Shown here: positions 51,201-63,843 of the stretch, one piece after another
Numbering within the stretch: the stretch's first letter is position 1
Layout of the letters: each line of letters opens with the position of its first letter
DNA from: Hypanus sabinus
Lineage: Eukaryota
Direction: 5' to 3'
Length of the DNA stretch: 64,000 nt
Assembly (NCBI RefSeq): GCF_030144855.1
Contig: NC_082726.1
Location: 23,250,001 to 23,314,000, forward strand
Made by a program: the position numbers and the translations under genes
Notes under the pieces: model-generated
Databases searched by the model: none
What the model was told of the DNA's origin: nothing
The model's input: only the letters and a program-made list of their open reading frames with translations

Positions 51201-51795
51201 ATTAACCATATAACAATTACAGCACAGAAACAGGCCATCTCGGCCCTTTAGTCCGTGCCGAACACTTACTCTCACCTAGTCCCACCGACCTGCACTCAGC
51301 CCATAACAGACTAGAAGGGCCGAGAAGGCCTGTTTCCATGCTGTAATTGTTATATGGTTATATAACCCTCCATTCCTTTCCTGTCCATATAGCTATCCAA
51401 TTTTTTTTTTTTTAAATGACAGTATCAAACCTGCCTCTAGCACTTTTACTGGAAGCTCGTTCCACACAGCTCTGAGTAAAGAAGTTCCCCTTCATGTTAC
51501 CCCTAAACTTTTGCCCCTAACTCTCAACTCATGTCCTCTTGTTTGAATCTCCCCTACTCTCAATGGAAAAAGCCTTCCACATCAACTCTATCTATCCCCT
51601 CTCATAATTTTAAATACCTCTATCAAGTCCTCCCTCAACCTTCTATGCTCCAAAGACTAAAGACCTAACTTGTTCAACCTTTCTCTGTAACTTAGGTGCT
51701 GAAACCCAGGTAACATTTTAGTAAATCTTCTCTGTACTCTCTCTATTTTGTTGACATCTTTCCTATAATTCGGTGACCAGAACTGTCTACAATAA
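51201..51795 (-). mobile_element. CR1 3' fragment (same family as 18298-20240) containing a 54-bp opposite-strand copy of its own tail
   Basis: Reverse complement of the 19700-20240 region; insert 51308-51361 flanked by ataac. Confidence 0.85.
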
Positions 51796-53189
51796 GGTTA
51801 GCTTTATTTGTCATATGTATATAGAAAATTGCAGTGAAGTGCAATGTTAGTGTCAATGACCAATACCCAAGATGTGCAAGTGTCACCATGCTTCTGACAC
51901 CAACTTAGTTTGCCCACAACTTACCAACCCTAATCCATTCGTCTTTTTGCAATGTGTGTGGAAAATGGAGCACTCAGGAAATCCAAGAAGTTATGGGGAG
52001 AACGAACAAGCTCCTTACAGACGGTAGTGGGAATTGAAACCTAGCCTTTAGCTAGTGCTCTACAGCATTACACTAACTGATACGCTACCATGCCTCCCAA
52101 TAAAACATGCCTCCCAATAAAACATGCAGCACATGGATTTATAAAGAATGTTTTTTTAAAATTAGGATCAATTGCTGGTTTGATTATGTATAGTCCATGC
52201 AATCAGATACATATTTCAATCTCTACATCGATTCCTATTTGTATTTCTGTGGAAGTCCCAAATTCTCAGTAGACATCCATTCTGCCTTAAAGTGCTCTTC
52301 AAGCAGGCCATATGTAATGCCAATGATTCAGAAGCTGCTTGAAAATTAGACTTAATAAATCTGCCAAAATCAGGTCTGTTTGCAGTCTAGTCTATGCAGA
52401 AGATTGCAAGACTTTTGCAAATGCTTAATTTCAAAGTTGTAGCCTGAATGAAAAAGGAACTTTCATCTTGAAGCTGAGGCAACATCTGTTTGTCACTCCT
52501 TTCTTATTAGGCAGATAAATCAGAGTTCCAGCTTGCCTGAAAAATTACATAATTTAAAATTGAATCTTAACTATGATATCTGAAGTATTGAAATTTATTG
52601 CAGATCAAAGGACAGGAGGCTAAGGACTTTGTTCTAATTACTTCGTGTAACCACTTCATAAACTTGTCATCGTTGGATTAAAAAAGAATGGAGCTTTTTA
52701 TTTTCATTATTGGCTGGTTTGACAAGACCACCAAGAGATGTTAAAAATCTCCAATGCAAGGCATCTGAAATTCCTTTCAGGGAGCATTTCTCTGCCTATT
52801 GCAGATTGTTGTCATCTGGTTTCCTTCCCCCAACATCTCCCACCCCCAACCTCCACCTTCCACATCTATCAACAACATCCCATATGCCCAAAATTGCATA
52901 GAGATTTTGCTGGAGTAGCTTTAGTACTTTAGCAATGCTGTGGTAAGGTACACTGTGGTCAGAAGCAGACCATCCTTTAAGCAAAAGGCGACAATATTCT
53001 TGGTCTTTTTCCCAGGGTGCAAATGTCAAATTAGTATTTAAAGGTAAGAGGAAGAAAGTTTAAAGGAAATGTCGAGGCAAGTTTCAACTCCACCACATAT
53101 CTAAATAAATTTGTAATGATTTTTGTTGACATACTGAATTTATTCAACCTCCTCGTACTGGAGGAACATTGATTATGCACAGACAGAAT

Positions 53190-54000
53190 AGATTTAGATT
53201 AATTTGGCATCATGTTTGGAGTAGACATTGGAGTCATAGAGTCGTAGAGAAGTACAGCACAGAAACAGGCCCTTTGCCATGCCAAAAAACATTTAAACTG
53301 CTTAATCCCAATGATCTGCAAAGCTTCGCATCCTTACTATCCATGTACCTGTCCAAACTTCTTTTCAACATTGAAATCAAGCTTGCATGGACCACTTGCT
53401 CTGGCAGCACATTCCACGTTCTCACGGACATCTGAGTGAAGAAATTTCCCCTCATGTTCCCTTTAAACTTCTCACATTTCACCCTTAACCCATGGTGTGG
53501 TCCTACCCAACCTGGAAAAAGCCTGTTTGCACTTAATCTTTCTATATCCCAAGTGATCAGAACTGCACACAATACTCCAAATTCGGCCTCACCATTGCCG
53601 GATACAATTTCAACATAACATCCCATCTTCTGTTCTCAATACATTGATTGATGAAGGCCAATGTGCCAAAAACTTTCTTTACAACCCCATCTACCTGTGA
53701 CGCCATTTTCAAAGGATTTTGTACCTGTATTTCCAGATCCCTTTGATCTATCACCCTGTCAGTGCCCTGCATTCACTGTGTAACACCAACTCTTGTTAGT
53801 CCTATCGAAGTACAAAACCTTGCACTTGTCTGCATTAAATTTCATCTGCTATTTTTAGCCTGTTTCTCCAGCTCATGCAGATCCCTCTGCAAGGCATGAT
53901 CACCTTACTCACCGTATACTACGCCCCCATTCTTGGTGTCATCCATGAATTTGCTGATCCAGTTAACCACGTTATCATTCAGATCATTGATATAAATTAC
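53190..54000 (-). mobile_element. Decayed CR1 fragment
   Basis: MVRPNLEYCVQF (53557-53772 -), RGNFFTQ.SV..WN (53234-53626 -). Confidence 0.75.
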
Positions 54001-54369
54001 AAACAAACATTGCTGGCTGTAAGGTCTTTTCCTGCTGTACTGTTCTATGTTTTGCGATCTAAATACTATAAATTGCAGGTCTCTGTTTGCTCACCAATAA
54101 ACCATGCTTTGGGAGTGCTGTTTGTCAAGTTATTGAGACTGCTGTAAATGATCAAGTGACATCTAATCTTTTTTTTTCTTTGCCTTTCAGATATCTTTGT
54201 TAAGATTTTATTCTAAATTCTATAGACTTCCACACAAACTAGAACTGCGTTTTTCCTGTTTGATAAGAAACAAATTTTAGCTCCTCATCCATTTCCTGGG
54301 CTCTTTCTAGAACCATAGGTGACAAGGCAAGGAATAAAAATAGGTTTTCATGATCAGGTCAAACCCGGT

Positions 54370-54540
54370 CAGAAGAGATTCTGTAGATGCTGGAAATCTA
54401 GAGCAACACACACAAAATGCTGGAGGGACTCAGCAAGTCAGGGAGCATCGATGGAGGGGAATAAACAGTTGACATTTCTGGATGCAACTCTTTATCAGCA
54501 CAGGAAAGGAAGGATGCAGATGCAAAAATAAGAAAGTGCT
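54370..54540 (-). mobile_element. Penelope pLTR fragment
   Basis: ctgtagatgctggaaatctagagcaacacacacaaaatgctggaggg terminus. Confidence 0.6.
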
Positions 54541-55384
54541 GCCAGTTGACTGAGAACTATGCATTTAGCATTTCCTTTTTTCAGGTAGTTTTTGATTGGT
54601 AATTGGTTTATTAATAACAGGAAGTAACGGAATGTAGAACTTCAAGTCATAGTTACAGAGAAAGTGCCATGCATATAGACAAAAAGGTTGTAAGGGCCGT
54701 GACAAGGTAGAATGAATATCAAGAGCTGATCTTTATGCCAGCCAGTGGTGTAGTGCCATCAGCACTGGACTCTTGAGGAAAATGGTTCTGAGTTCAAATC
54801 CAGCTGCTTCCCATCCGTGCTGGGTTGAGTGTCGAGCTAGCGACCCGGCCTCAGGAGATACAGAAACAGCAAAAGTGCCACCTGATTGACCTGAGGGAAC
54901 AACAACAATAAGTACATCAAGATAGAGCAAAAGGAACTAACAGAATGCAGAACTCTGTGTCATAGTTTCAGAGAAAGTGCTGTGCAGATAGGCAAATAGG
55001 TTGTAAGGGCCATGACAAGTTAGATTAAGAGATTAAGAGAATGTTTAAGAGTCTGATAACAATGGGATAGAAATTGTCCTTTGAGCCTGATGTTTTCTAG
55101 CTTTTGTACTTCCTGCCCGATGGGAGAGGGGAAAAGAGGGAGTGAACAGAATGGGAATGTTTTTTGATTTTGCTGGCTGCTTTCCCAAAGCAGCACAAAG
55201 TATAGACAGAGCTCGAGGAGGGCTGGCTGGTTTTCATGTTAGGCATGCTGTGTTCATAACTCTGCAATTTGTTACAATCTTGAGCCGAGCAGTTATTGTA
55301 TTAAGCTGTGATACATCCAGATCTAGTGCTTTATATGGTGCATCTGTAAAAATTAACGAGCATCATTGGGGGCAAGCTGAAGAA

Positions 55385-55650
55385 TGGCCTGGTAGTGTAG
55401 TGGTTAGTGCAACGCTTTACAGTACCAGTGACACAGGTTCAATTCCCACTGCTGCCTGTAAGGAGTTTGTACATTTTCCCCGTGACCACGTGGGTTTCCT
55501 CCCACTGTCCAAAGATGTACCAGTTGGTAGGTTAATTGGCCATTGTAAATTGTCCTATGATTAGGCTAGATTAAGTTGGGGGAATGCTATGCTGTGTGTC
55601 TCGAAGGACAGGAAGGCCTATTCCGCGCTGCTTTTTGACAAATAAATAAA
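55385..55650 (+). mobile_element. V-SINE/HE1-like SINE
   Basis: A box tagtgtagtggtt, B box ggttcaattcc, (aaat)n tail. Confidence 0.75.
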
Positions 55651-58291
55651 TGAATTTCCCTAGCCTCATGAGGAAGTAGAGGTGCTGATGTACTTTCTTG
55701 ACTACAGCATCAACATAGCCAGGCCAGGATAAGTTGATGATTTTTACACCTAAGAACTTGAAGCCCTCAACCATCTCCACCTCAGTAACATTGACACAGT
55801 CGTTCGTGTGTAGTTCACTTCCCTTCCTGAAGTCAATGATCAACTGTACTGTTTTGCTGTCATTGAGGGAGAGGCTATTGTCTTGACACTGTGCCACTGT
55901 GCTCTCTATCTCTCTATCTCCTTCCTGAACTCCATCTTGTTATTATTTGAGATGTGGTGCAGTGCACTGCTGTCATCTACAGACAGGCAGATGGAGTTGA
56001 CTTAGGACCTGGCCACAGAGTTGTGAGTGTAGAGGGAGTAAAGGAAATGTGTATGCGAGGTTACTGCTAGGAAGAAGCAGAAACAGGATATCTGAGATAA
56101 ATACTTAAAGTGGTCAACAATGCGGGAACAATGTGTGAACAGAGAGAGAAAGAAAGTTAACGTTGATGAAGGTGGAGTAGTTGATTTCAGACAGTGGTGT
56201 CACATATGGAGTAATCTCATAGCTACGTTGCCTGGCACAAACTACATAGTACTTATTCCGTATGGCACTCTTTATTCTGGATAGCAATCACAGGGATACT
56301 TTTGACTAAGTATTTTAAGAGAGACATCTACTTGCTTTTCCCTGGGTTGCTATTGGGCCCACAAGGAAGTCATGTCATCTGGTTTGGAGTGAATCAGTCA
56401 AGGCTGTCTGTGTTGGTGGGGCAGTGGTGAGTGGGAATTGGAATTGGTTTATGATTGTCACATGTACCAAGGTACCAGGACAAGCCAGCTTGCATGCCAT
56501 TCAGACAAACCCTTCCATACAGTAAACAATAAGAGATGCTGCAGATGCTGGAAATCTTGAGCAACACAGAGCGAATGCTGGAGGAGCTCAGCAGGTCAGA
56601 CAGATTGCACTATTTGTCCTCTTTTGTAGAGCTACAGTGAGGACCAGGCCCTTCCATCCCACCAAGCAAACCTGCAATTTAACCCTAGCCTAATCACAGG
56701 ACAAGTTACAATGACCAATTAACCTATTAAATGGTACATCGTCGGACTGTGGGAGGAAACTGGAGCACCCTGAGGAGGCATGTACACAGGAAGAATGTAC
56801 AAACTTTCTTACAGAGGATGCCAGAATTGAGCTCTGAATTCCAACTTCACTGGTTGTTTGTCTGTCTTTGTTAATTATAGGTTTTCATAAATTCTATTGT
56901 ATTATCTTTTTTCCTGTGAATGCCTGCAAGAAAATGAATCTCAGGGTGGTATATGTCGACATATATGTACTTCGATAATAAATTTAATTTGACTTTGAAT
57001 AACCAGTCGACATTTTGTCGGAATGTAAAGTTACATTTATTGGGAAAATCCAATACAGGTTGTCAACTGAACTGCAAGGGCTGCAATGAGGTACATTGGG
57101 AAACTGAGTTTATCTTTTAATATATGGGAAGGCTGTTAACAGTGGGGTAGCAACTGTCCTTGAGCTTGGCAGTCCATGGTCTCAAACTTTTTAATCTCCT
57201 GTCTGACCAGAGAAAGGAGAGAGAAAGGTCTGGGTGGGGTGGGGGTCCTTGGTGAGAAGTGTAGTCAGTGACTGCTGTTGAGCCTATTACCACAGAGAAA
57301 TTTGTAGGTTCGGGAGCAAGCAGACCGCATACATCCACTGAGCAGGACATGGTGAGAGAGGCCGTGGATGCCGGTTGGTGTTGACTAGTCTCCCATAAAG
57401 TCCACACTCATTATGTAGCACAGTGTCCTTCTCTGCTCTGCAGTCTTACCACCAAGCCTGCACTATTTGCCCCACTCCACCCAGCGCCAGTGCTCATTGG
57501 CAGTCTCTGTACACCGTCCCGGAGACTCACTCCACACCAAAGCCATCTGCCCAGGAGACGGCTTTCACCAGTTCATTGCGATAGGAAAGTCAGCAAAGGG
57601 GGAAAAAGATTTACCTTCAAACAGGGTGCTGGCATGGAAGTAGGAAGGCTGAGGATTTGTGATAGGTTCCCACCAGAGGTCTCGGTAGGCGTCTCTCTCT
57701 GCATGACACACGGTCACAACTTTTAATTTGTTCCAAGAACACTCCTATTCTCGGGAATGAATTCTAGGCATTAAGCAAAATAGTCTAGTAAAGATAGACA
57801 TTCTTAGACAAATTAATATGTGTTACATGTAGAAGCTATCTCATTTGTGTGATATAGTTTTATGGGTGTAAAATGCCCATAATTCAATATGAAGTGTGAT
57901 TTTATATTATGATAAGCTTTTAAAGAAATGAGAAAATACATCTAGATGTCCTTATTTCAGGCCCAGCTCATTCACCCAGGGATTTGGACTAATGCCAGCT
58001 CTTCAGCTAAGTTCTCTCTTGCTACCCCCGAACAATAGTCGAAGGACATTAGACAGTACCTTGCATGTGATGAGTTTTAATTCCTTCTAACAAAATTAAG
58101 TATTTCAGTATAAAAAGTCAAAGGGGAGTTGACGGGCATTGGTGAGAGTAAGTAGGCTGGTGAAGCACAGGGAAATGAGGAGGAGGAGAATGTGACTGAA
58201 GGGATCATACCCTGGGAGCTAGCATGATCCAGTAGAGCTGAATACCACATCATGAGAAATTTAAGTACATTTGGTATGGTGCACATATATA

Positions 58292-58775
58292 CAGTATATA
58301 CTGCATAGCTGGGCGTACCTAAGACTTTTGCACAGTACCGTATTTGTCAACGTGGAGCGAGAGTGAGTTTACGTATATATTTGGCGGGAGCAAAGGATGC
58401 TGGGAATGGTGAGGGTGGAGCACCAGGGAAGGGGTAGGGGACAGGTGAATGAAAAGGAGTGCCGGGAGTGAGGTATTTGTGGGTGCAGTCACGCCCAGCC
58501 CGAGACACAAGACATTCTGAACTATTGGCTTATTGATCATTACAGAATGTCTCACTGGTGCATCCTGCTCCCTCCTTCTCCCTCCCACTTTTCTCAACCA
58601 TGATTCCCCTCTCCATTTCCTTTACCCATTCTCAGTCCAGAATTGAAACCCATATCAGAATCAAGCGTATCATCACTCATATATGTCATGTTTTTTTTTA
58701 CAGCCGAAGAGTGCTATACATAAAATTGCAACACCTTATCTATAGATATTTTCCTAAGACTTTTTGCACAAAATA
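58292..58775. mobile_element. Composite Tc1-type MITE, copy C
   Basis: cctaagacttttgcacagtaccg at 58318-58340, same body as A and B, right TIR at 58753-58775 split by a pogo insertion. Confidence 0.7.
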
Positions 58776-60029
58776 CTGTAAATTCCGGTGTATAAGCCGA
58801 GAACTTGGTCCTAAATTTTGGTCCTAAAATTAGGGGGTCAGCTTATACAGAGGGTGCCAACTTTGGAAAAACGAATACACGGAAGACAGGTCACATTTAT
58901 TGGTTGTTTTTGAGTCAAATTCATTCCACTGTTGTCGCATGAATTCTTTGAATGATTTGTTTGAACTCATATCTAGTGGCTGGAGCACGGAGTTCAAACC
59001 ACGGGGGATGACTGCAATGTCCGTATTTTCAGCTTTCAATCCTGCTTTTGTCTCACCTGACAAGTGCGCTTTAAAGACGTCCCAGACAAGTGGCGACTTT
59101 TCTTTCCCAAAACCTTCGGGATGTCGACGCCGCACCTCTTTAACCCATTTCAAGCAACCGGCTTCGTCCGTCCAGCAGAATTATTGAATGTAAATAACAC
59201 CCCACGGGAATTTTCTGAGCAATCTTTGTTTTTTGTCTCAAAACAAGGTCACGTCTATTCATAAATCGGGTGCACCAACTTCGCGTAGCTTTGAAATTTT
59301 CGCTGACCTTACAGTGTTTTTCGGCCCATTTCAATGCTTGTACTCGAATCATTTCTCTGGTAACAATGTATCTGGATGATCGCTGGTGATTCACCAACTC
59401 TAAAACTTTTTCTTCCAGTTCTGTCCACTGGCTTGTTTGTTGCAGTTTGCACATTTCGTCTCTGGCATTTCCCTTAGTGTGTCCTCTGCTTTTCTCCACT
59501 CTCTCACTTGTTTCTCATTTACACTAAACTTCTTAGCAGCTGCAGAATTATTCGTTCCTTTAGCAAAATTAACAACCTTCAGCTTGAAGCCGGCATCGTA
59601 TCACATTTGTTTTAATCTTTTGTACATGGCGGTCACAAACTCAATACTGAGTATACGTACTGATCATGCTGCCCCTTGTTATGTTTTAACGAGATTACGA
59701 CGGGGGCTAAATGGTTTCACGGGGGTTACAATTCTGAGGATTCTTTACCATTGGAGACCTAATCCAAAATTTTCTTCCCTGATTTATTTATTAAGAATTC
59801 GCTTATAACGCTCTACAATGTGTAGACTTGTTTTCTTAGCAGGTACTGGTTCACAAAATTTCCCAGTTCTGAATCCGGCAAATCTGAGTACCGGCATGTG
59901 AGATCTTGTGATCTTTTCTGGTTAAATCAAACACCTCTACAAAAGAGGTCGGCTTATACAAACATAACATGAAAAAGTCACCTTTTTAACCTTGAAAATG
60001 GGGGTTGGCTTATACTCCGGAATATACGG
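58776..60029 (-). mobile_element. pogo-family (POGK-like) DNA transposon, internally deleted
   Basis: TA TSDs (58774-75, 60030-31); 25-bp TIRs ctgtaaattccggtgtataagccga / ttggcttatactccggaatatacgg; minus-strand YDAGFKLKVV...EKQVREWRK, CENP-B-like HTH (WTELEEKV...FKATRSWCTRFMNR) and DDE_1 C-half (LVWDVFKAH...LQPLDMS.NKSFK). Confidence 0.92.
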
Positions 60030-60089
60030 TACTGCGCATTTCATTGAATGTTTTGGTAGGGAATAAAAGCTAGAGATAAAGAGAAGATA

Positions 60090-60420
60090 AAGGTTTGTTT
60101 TATTTGTCAGATGCACATTGAAATATCAGTGAAATGTGTCGTTTTGCATCAATGAACACACAATCCGCAGATTGTGCTGGGAGTTGTTCACAAGCATGGC
60201 CTTGCTTCCAATGCTAACATAGCACAGCATGCACGCAGTTCACTAACCCTGTCTGTACTTCTTTGGAATGTGGGATGAAACCAGAGCACCTGGAGGAAAC
60301 CCATGTGGTCACAGGGAGATGGTACAAACTGCTTGCGGACAGCAACGGGAATCGAATCCGATTGCCAGTTGTCCGTGCAGTAAGGTGACTGTGCTAACTG
60401 CAATGCTGCCCTGCCACCCA
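60090..60420 (-). mobile_element. V-SINE/HE1-like SINE
   Basis: Reverse complement of the 49512-49830 family. Confidence 0.7.
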
Positions 60421-61159
60421 CACAGTGCCTATACACCATTTTCTTGCAAAGGCTCACTACAATGATGTTTCCACTGCATTCCTTGGACAATCCCAATTTT
60501 CTTACAGATAGCGTTAGAAAACAGACAGCTGGAGGAACTCAGTGCGTCAGCTGGCAGTTGTGCAAGCAAACAGATGGTTGATGTGTTGGGATGAGGCCCT
60601 GCAGTGGGTCTCCAGGGAAGATTGCTAGAAAATGGAAGGAGTGAGTTTAGGGTCTGGTAGGGGATATCTGGAATGAGATGAAGGGATGGGAATGCGGTAG
60701 GAAGGAAGAGGAGGTGGGGTGCAACTGGCAGGTGATAGTTGAGAACAGTTAAAAGTGGTAGATGCAGCCGAGAGGGGGTTGGTGAACCCAGGGAGAAGAA
60801 ACCCTGATGGATAGGGGTAAGTGGGTGATGGACAGATTGGTGAGGGTAGTTAGTGAGGGAGGAGGGAAAGAAAAGGTGAATGGAGAGTTAGGTGAGATCT
60901 GATGGGAGTGGGGAAAGACCTGAATTGTGTGTAGGGAGATTTGGTGGCAGTGGTACCATGATGGCCTTCACTCATAAGTCAAATGTTCCTTGGATATATT
61001 CCACATTGCCCTAGGAGTTTTTTGGCTATAACATTTGATGAAGAGTATTTCCTTCCGCTGGGCGAATCCACAGGGTCCAGACACAATGCTAATGGTCTAT
61101 GGCAATATTTACTGCCTGTCCTGGTGTGGATCTGAAGGAACACTGCAAAAAAAAAAAAT

Positions 61160-61520
61160 CATTAAATTCAGACCTTCAGTTGTTCAGTACATTCCCTGAC
61201 ATCCAAATGCAAGTTCACCACTCTCCTGACCATTAAATTCAGGCCTCCAACTGGTCAGTGCATCTCCTAACTACTGAAGTCTCCAGCTGTCCTATGTACA
61301 GTATTCCTACATTAAATTCAGGCCTCCAGCTGTTACACATCTCCTTACTACTGAAGTCTCCAGCTGTCCCATGTACAGTATTCCTACATTAATTTCAGGC
61401 CTCCAGCTGTTACACATCTCCTTACTACTGAAGTCTCCAGCTGTCCCATGTACAGTGTTCCTACATTAAATTCAGTACATTCCCTGACATTCAAATGCAA
61501 GTTCACCATTCTCCTGACCA
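61160..61520. repeat. Minisatellite: three 77-79 bp units flanked by a duplicated ~49-bp block
   Basis: cattaa(a/t)ttcag starts at 61231, 61310, 61387 and 61464. Confidence 0.9.
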
Positions 61521-62207
61521 GCCTCCTGTTGTTACACATATCCTAACAATCAATTTAAAACATCCAGTTGTTCAGCGTATTCCCCACCATCGTTTTGCAG
61601 ATACTGTACCTCCTGACTATCAGATTGTGTCCAGATGTTTAGTGCATCTCCGACCACGAAGTTCAGACTCCTAGATGTTCTTATCTGTTGATCACCCAGG
61701 TGTTGTGAATCAGCTGGGATCAGTACCAATGCATCTCTAAGGTAGGGAAATTGGCCCAATGATCATGTAATGGGCAAGTGCACTGACATACTAAGAAGGT
61801 GTAGGTTCCTGTCCTTGTGTTTGACATTTGTTTGCCTCAGATATAAAAAGAAAGATTTGCATTTCTGCAGTATGGTTTCTGTCTAATGCTGCAGTCTGAA
61901 GTGTAGTGTAATGCAGGGAACACAGCTGTCAAACAGTCGTGATGTACAGATCACATTCTACCAAAGCAAACTGGTGATTAAGAATGTCCAAGGCAGCAAG
62001 TGGAACTTAAAGATAAATACTATGGGTGGTGGAAATTCAAAATTTAAAAAAAACACAGAACCTGATGGGACTACGTTGAATATTGATTAGCTTGAAATAT
62101 TAATCTATCACACTATAACTTGGCAGGTATATAGAGACAGATTACAGATCAGTTCATGATCTCATTGGGTGATGGCAGAGACTCAAGGGAAGGGGGAGTA
62201 GACAATA

Positions 62208-62385
62208 GACAATAGACAATAGGTGCAGAAGTAGACCATTCGGCCCCTCGAGTCTGCACCGCCATTCTGAGATCATGGCTGATCATTCACTATCAATACC
62301 CAGTCCCTGCCTTGTCCCCATATCCCTTGATTCCCCTATCCATCAGATATCTATCCAGCTCCTTCTTGAAAGCATCCAGAGAAGT
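62208..62385 (-). mobile_element. Short CR1 3' end with (ctattgt)n tail
   Basis: (agacaat)x3 followed by reverse-complement CR1 3' UTR. Confidence 0.75.
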
Positions 62386-62574
62386 GTTTTCATGTTTTTA
62401 AGAATTGTACCATTAAGTTTATTACATAATTTTTTTTGAGTGCAAAACAATTAGACCTCAGGACGAGCACTCACGATGACTTTGAAGGCAGAAACCTCAG
62501 GAGGAAAAGCAACCATAATGTATTGGTTTGAATGGTTTAAGACTAATATGAAAAAGATCACAGCAAACACTGGC

Positions 62575-62726
62575 TAAACTCAACACGTACAAAAGCTGGA
62601 TGAACTCAGCAGGTCGGGCAGCATCTGTTGAAATGAGCAGTCAACGGATGCTGCCCGACCTGCTGAGTTCATCCAGCTTTTGTACGTGTTGATTTGACCA
62701 CAGCATCTGCAGTGTAATTTGTGTTT
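62575..62726. mobile_element. PLE-derived perfect foldback element
   Basis: Perfect 46-bp inverted arms at 62580-62625 and 62647-62692; possible 5-6 bp TSD (a)ctggc. Confidence 0.8.
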
Positions 62727-62999
62727 ACTGGCCTTCACCAAAAGTGAGAATTATACGTTTGATTATAATGAATGATCCTAGATCTGAAATGTTAGCCATT
62801 TCTTTTCCCATTGATACTGCCTAACCTGATGATATTTTATGATTTTTTTCCTGCTTTTATTTCATATATGTAGCATGTGCAGTTCTCAAAACACTATATT
62901 AATTTTCTCGGAAAGGCCATAATGTCATGTTTAATGTCTTAATGACATACGCCCGGTAGCGCTCACATCTACAGTGATGAAATGCTTTGAGATGTTGGT

Positions 63000-63843
63000 C
63001 ATGACTTGACTGAACTCCTGCCTCACCAAGGAGCTGGACCCGTTGCAGTTTGCCTATCACCACAATAGGTCTACGGCAGATGCAATCTCAATGGCTCTTC
63101 ACATGGCCTTAGACCACCTGAACAATACAAACACCTATGTCAGGATTCTGTTCATCGACTATAGCTCAGCTTTCAACAGCATCATTCCCATAATCCTGAT
63201 TGAGAAGTTACAGAACCTGGGCCTCTGTACCTCCCTCTGCAATTGGATCCTTGACTTCCTAACTGGAAGACCACAATCTGTGCGGATTGGTGATAATTCC
63301 TCCTCGATGACGATCAGCACTGGTGCACCTCAGATGTGTGTGCTTCGGCCACTGATCTACTCTCTCGATACCCATTACTGTGTGGCTAGACATAGGTCAA
63401 ATACTATCTGTAAATTTGCTGATGATACAACCATCTTGGATACTAGCCTACAAGGTGCACAGGACATCTTCAAGGAGCACCCATTATTAAGGACCTCCAG
63501 CACCCAGGGCTTGCCCTTTTCTCACTGTTACCATCAAGCAAGGAAGTATAGAAGCCTGAAGGCACACATTCAGTGATTCTGGAACAGCTTCTTCCCTTTT
63601 GCCATCTGATTCCTAAATGGACATTGAACCCTTGGACACTACTTCACTTTTTAAATATATATTATTTCTGCTTTTTGCATGATTTTTAATCAATTCAATA
63701 TATGTACACTGTAATTGATCTACTTATTTATTATTTTTTTCCTCCTCTTCTGTATTATGTATTGCAATGAACTGCTGCTGCTAAGTTAACAAATTTCATG
63801 ACACATGCTGGTGATAATAAACCTGAATCTGATTCTGATTCTG
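63000..63843 (+). mobile_element. Rex1/Babar LINE, internally deleted, with (attctg)n tail
   Basis: [15 protein letters not shown]...[10 protein letters not shown]...[13 protein letters not shown]...KFADDTTI (63043-63576); tail at 63825-63843. Confidence 0.92.

Noticed and set aside
52089-52127. Short 17-bp tandem duplications (also ~38472-38505) and a 9-bp triplication (~33110)
   Set aside because: Ordinary slippage events with no sign of function.
52511-52540. Possible CD276 terminal exon ADKSEFQLA-stop
   Set aside because: It works only in phase 0, whereas the human CD276 tail exons are phase 1; the similarity to DDGQEIA is marginal.
57661-57726. Peptide RFPPEVSVGVSLC resembling the CD276 juxtamembrane/TM start (FPPEALWVTVGLSVC)
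   Set aside because: The hydrophobic run is far too short, a stop follows 8 codons later, and the nearest AG is in phase 2 with a poor acceptor.
61231-61470. Regularly spaced repeats as a CRISPR array
   Set aside because: The units are contiguous tandem copies with no unique spacers, there are no cas genes, and the context is eukaryotic.
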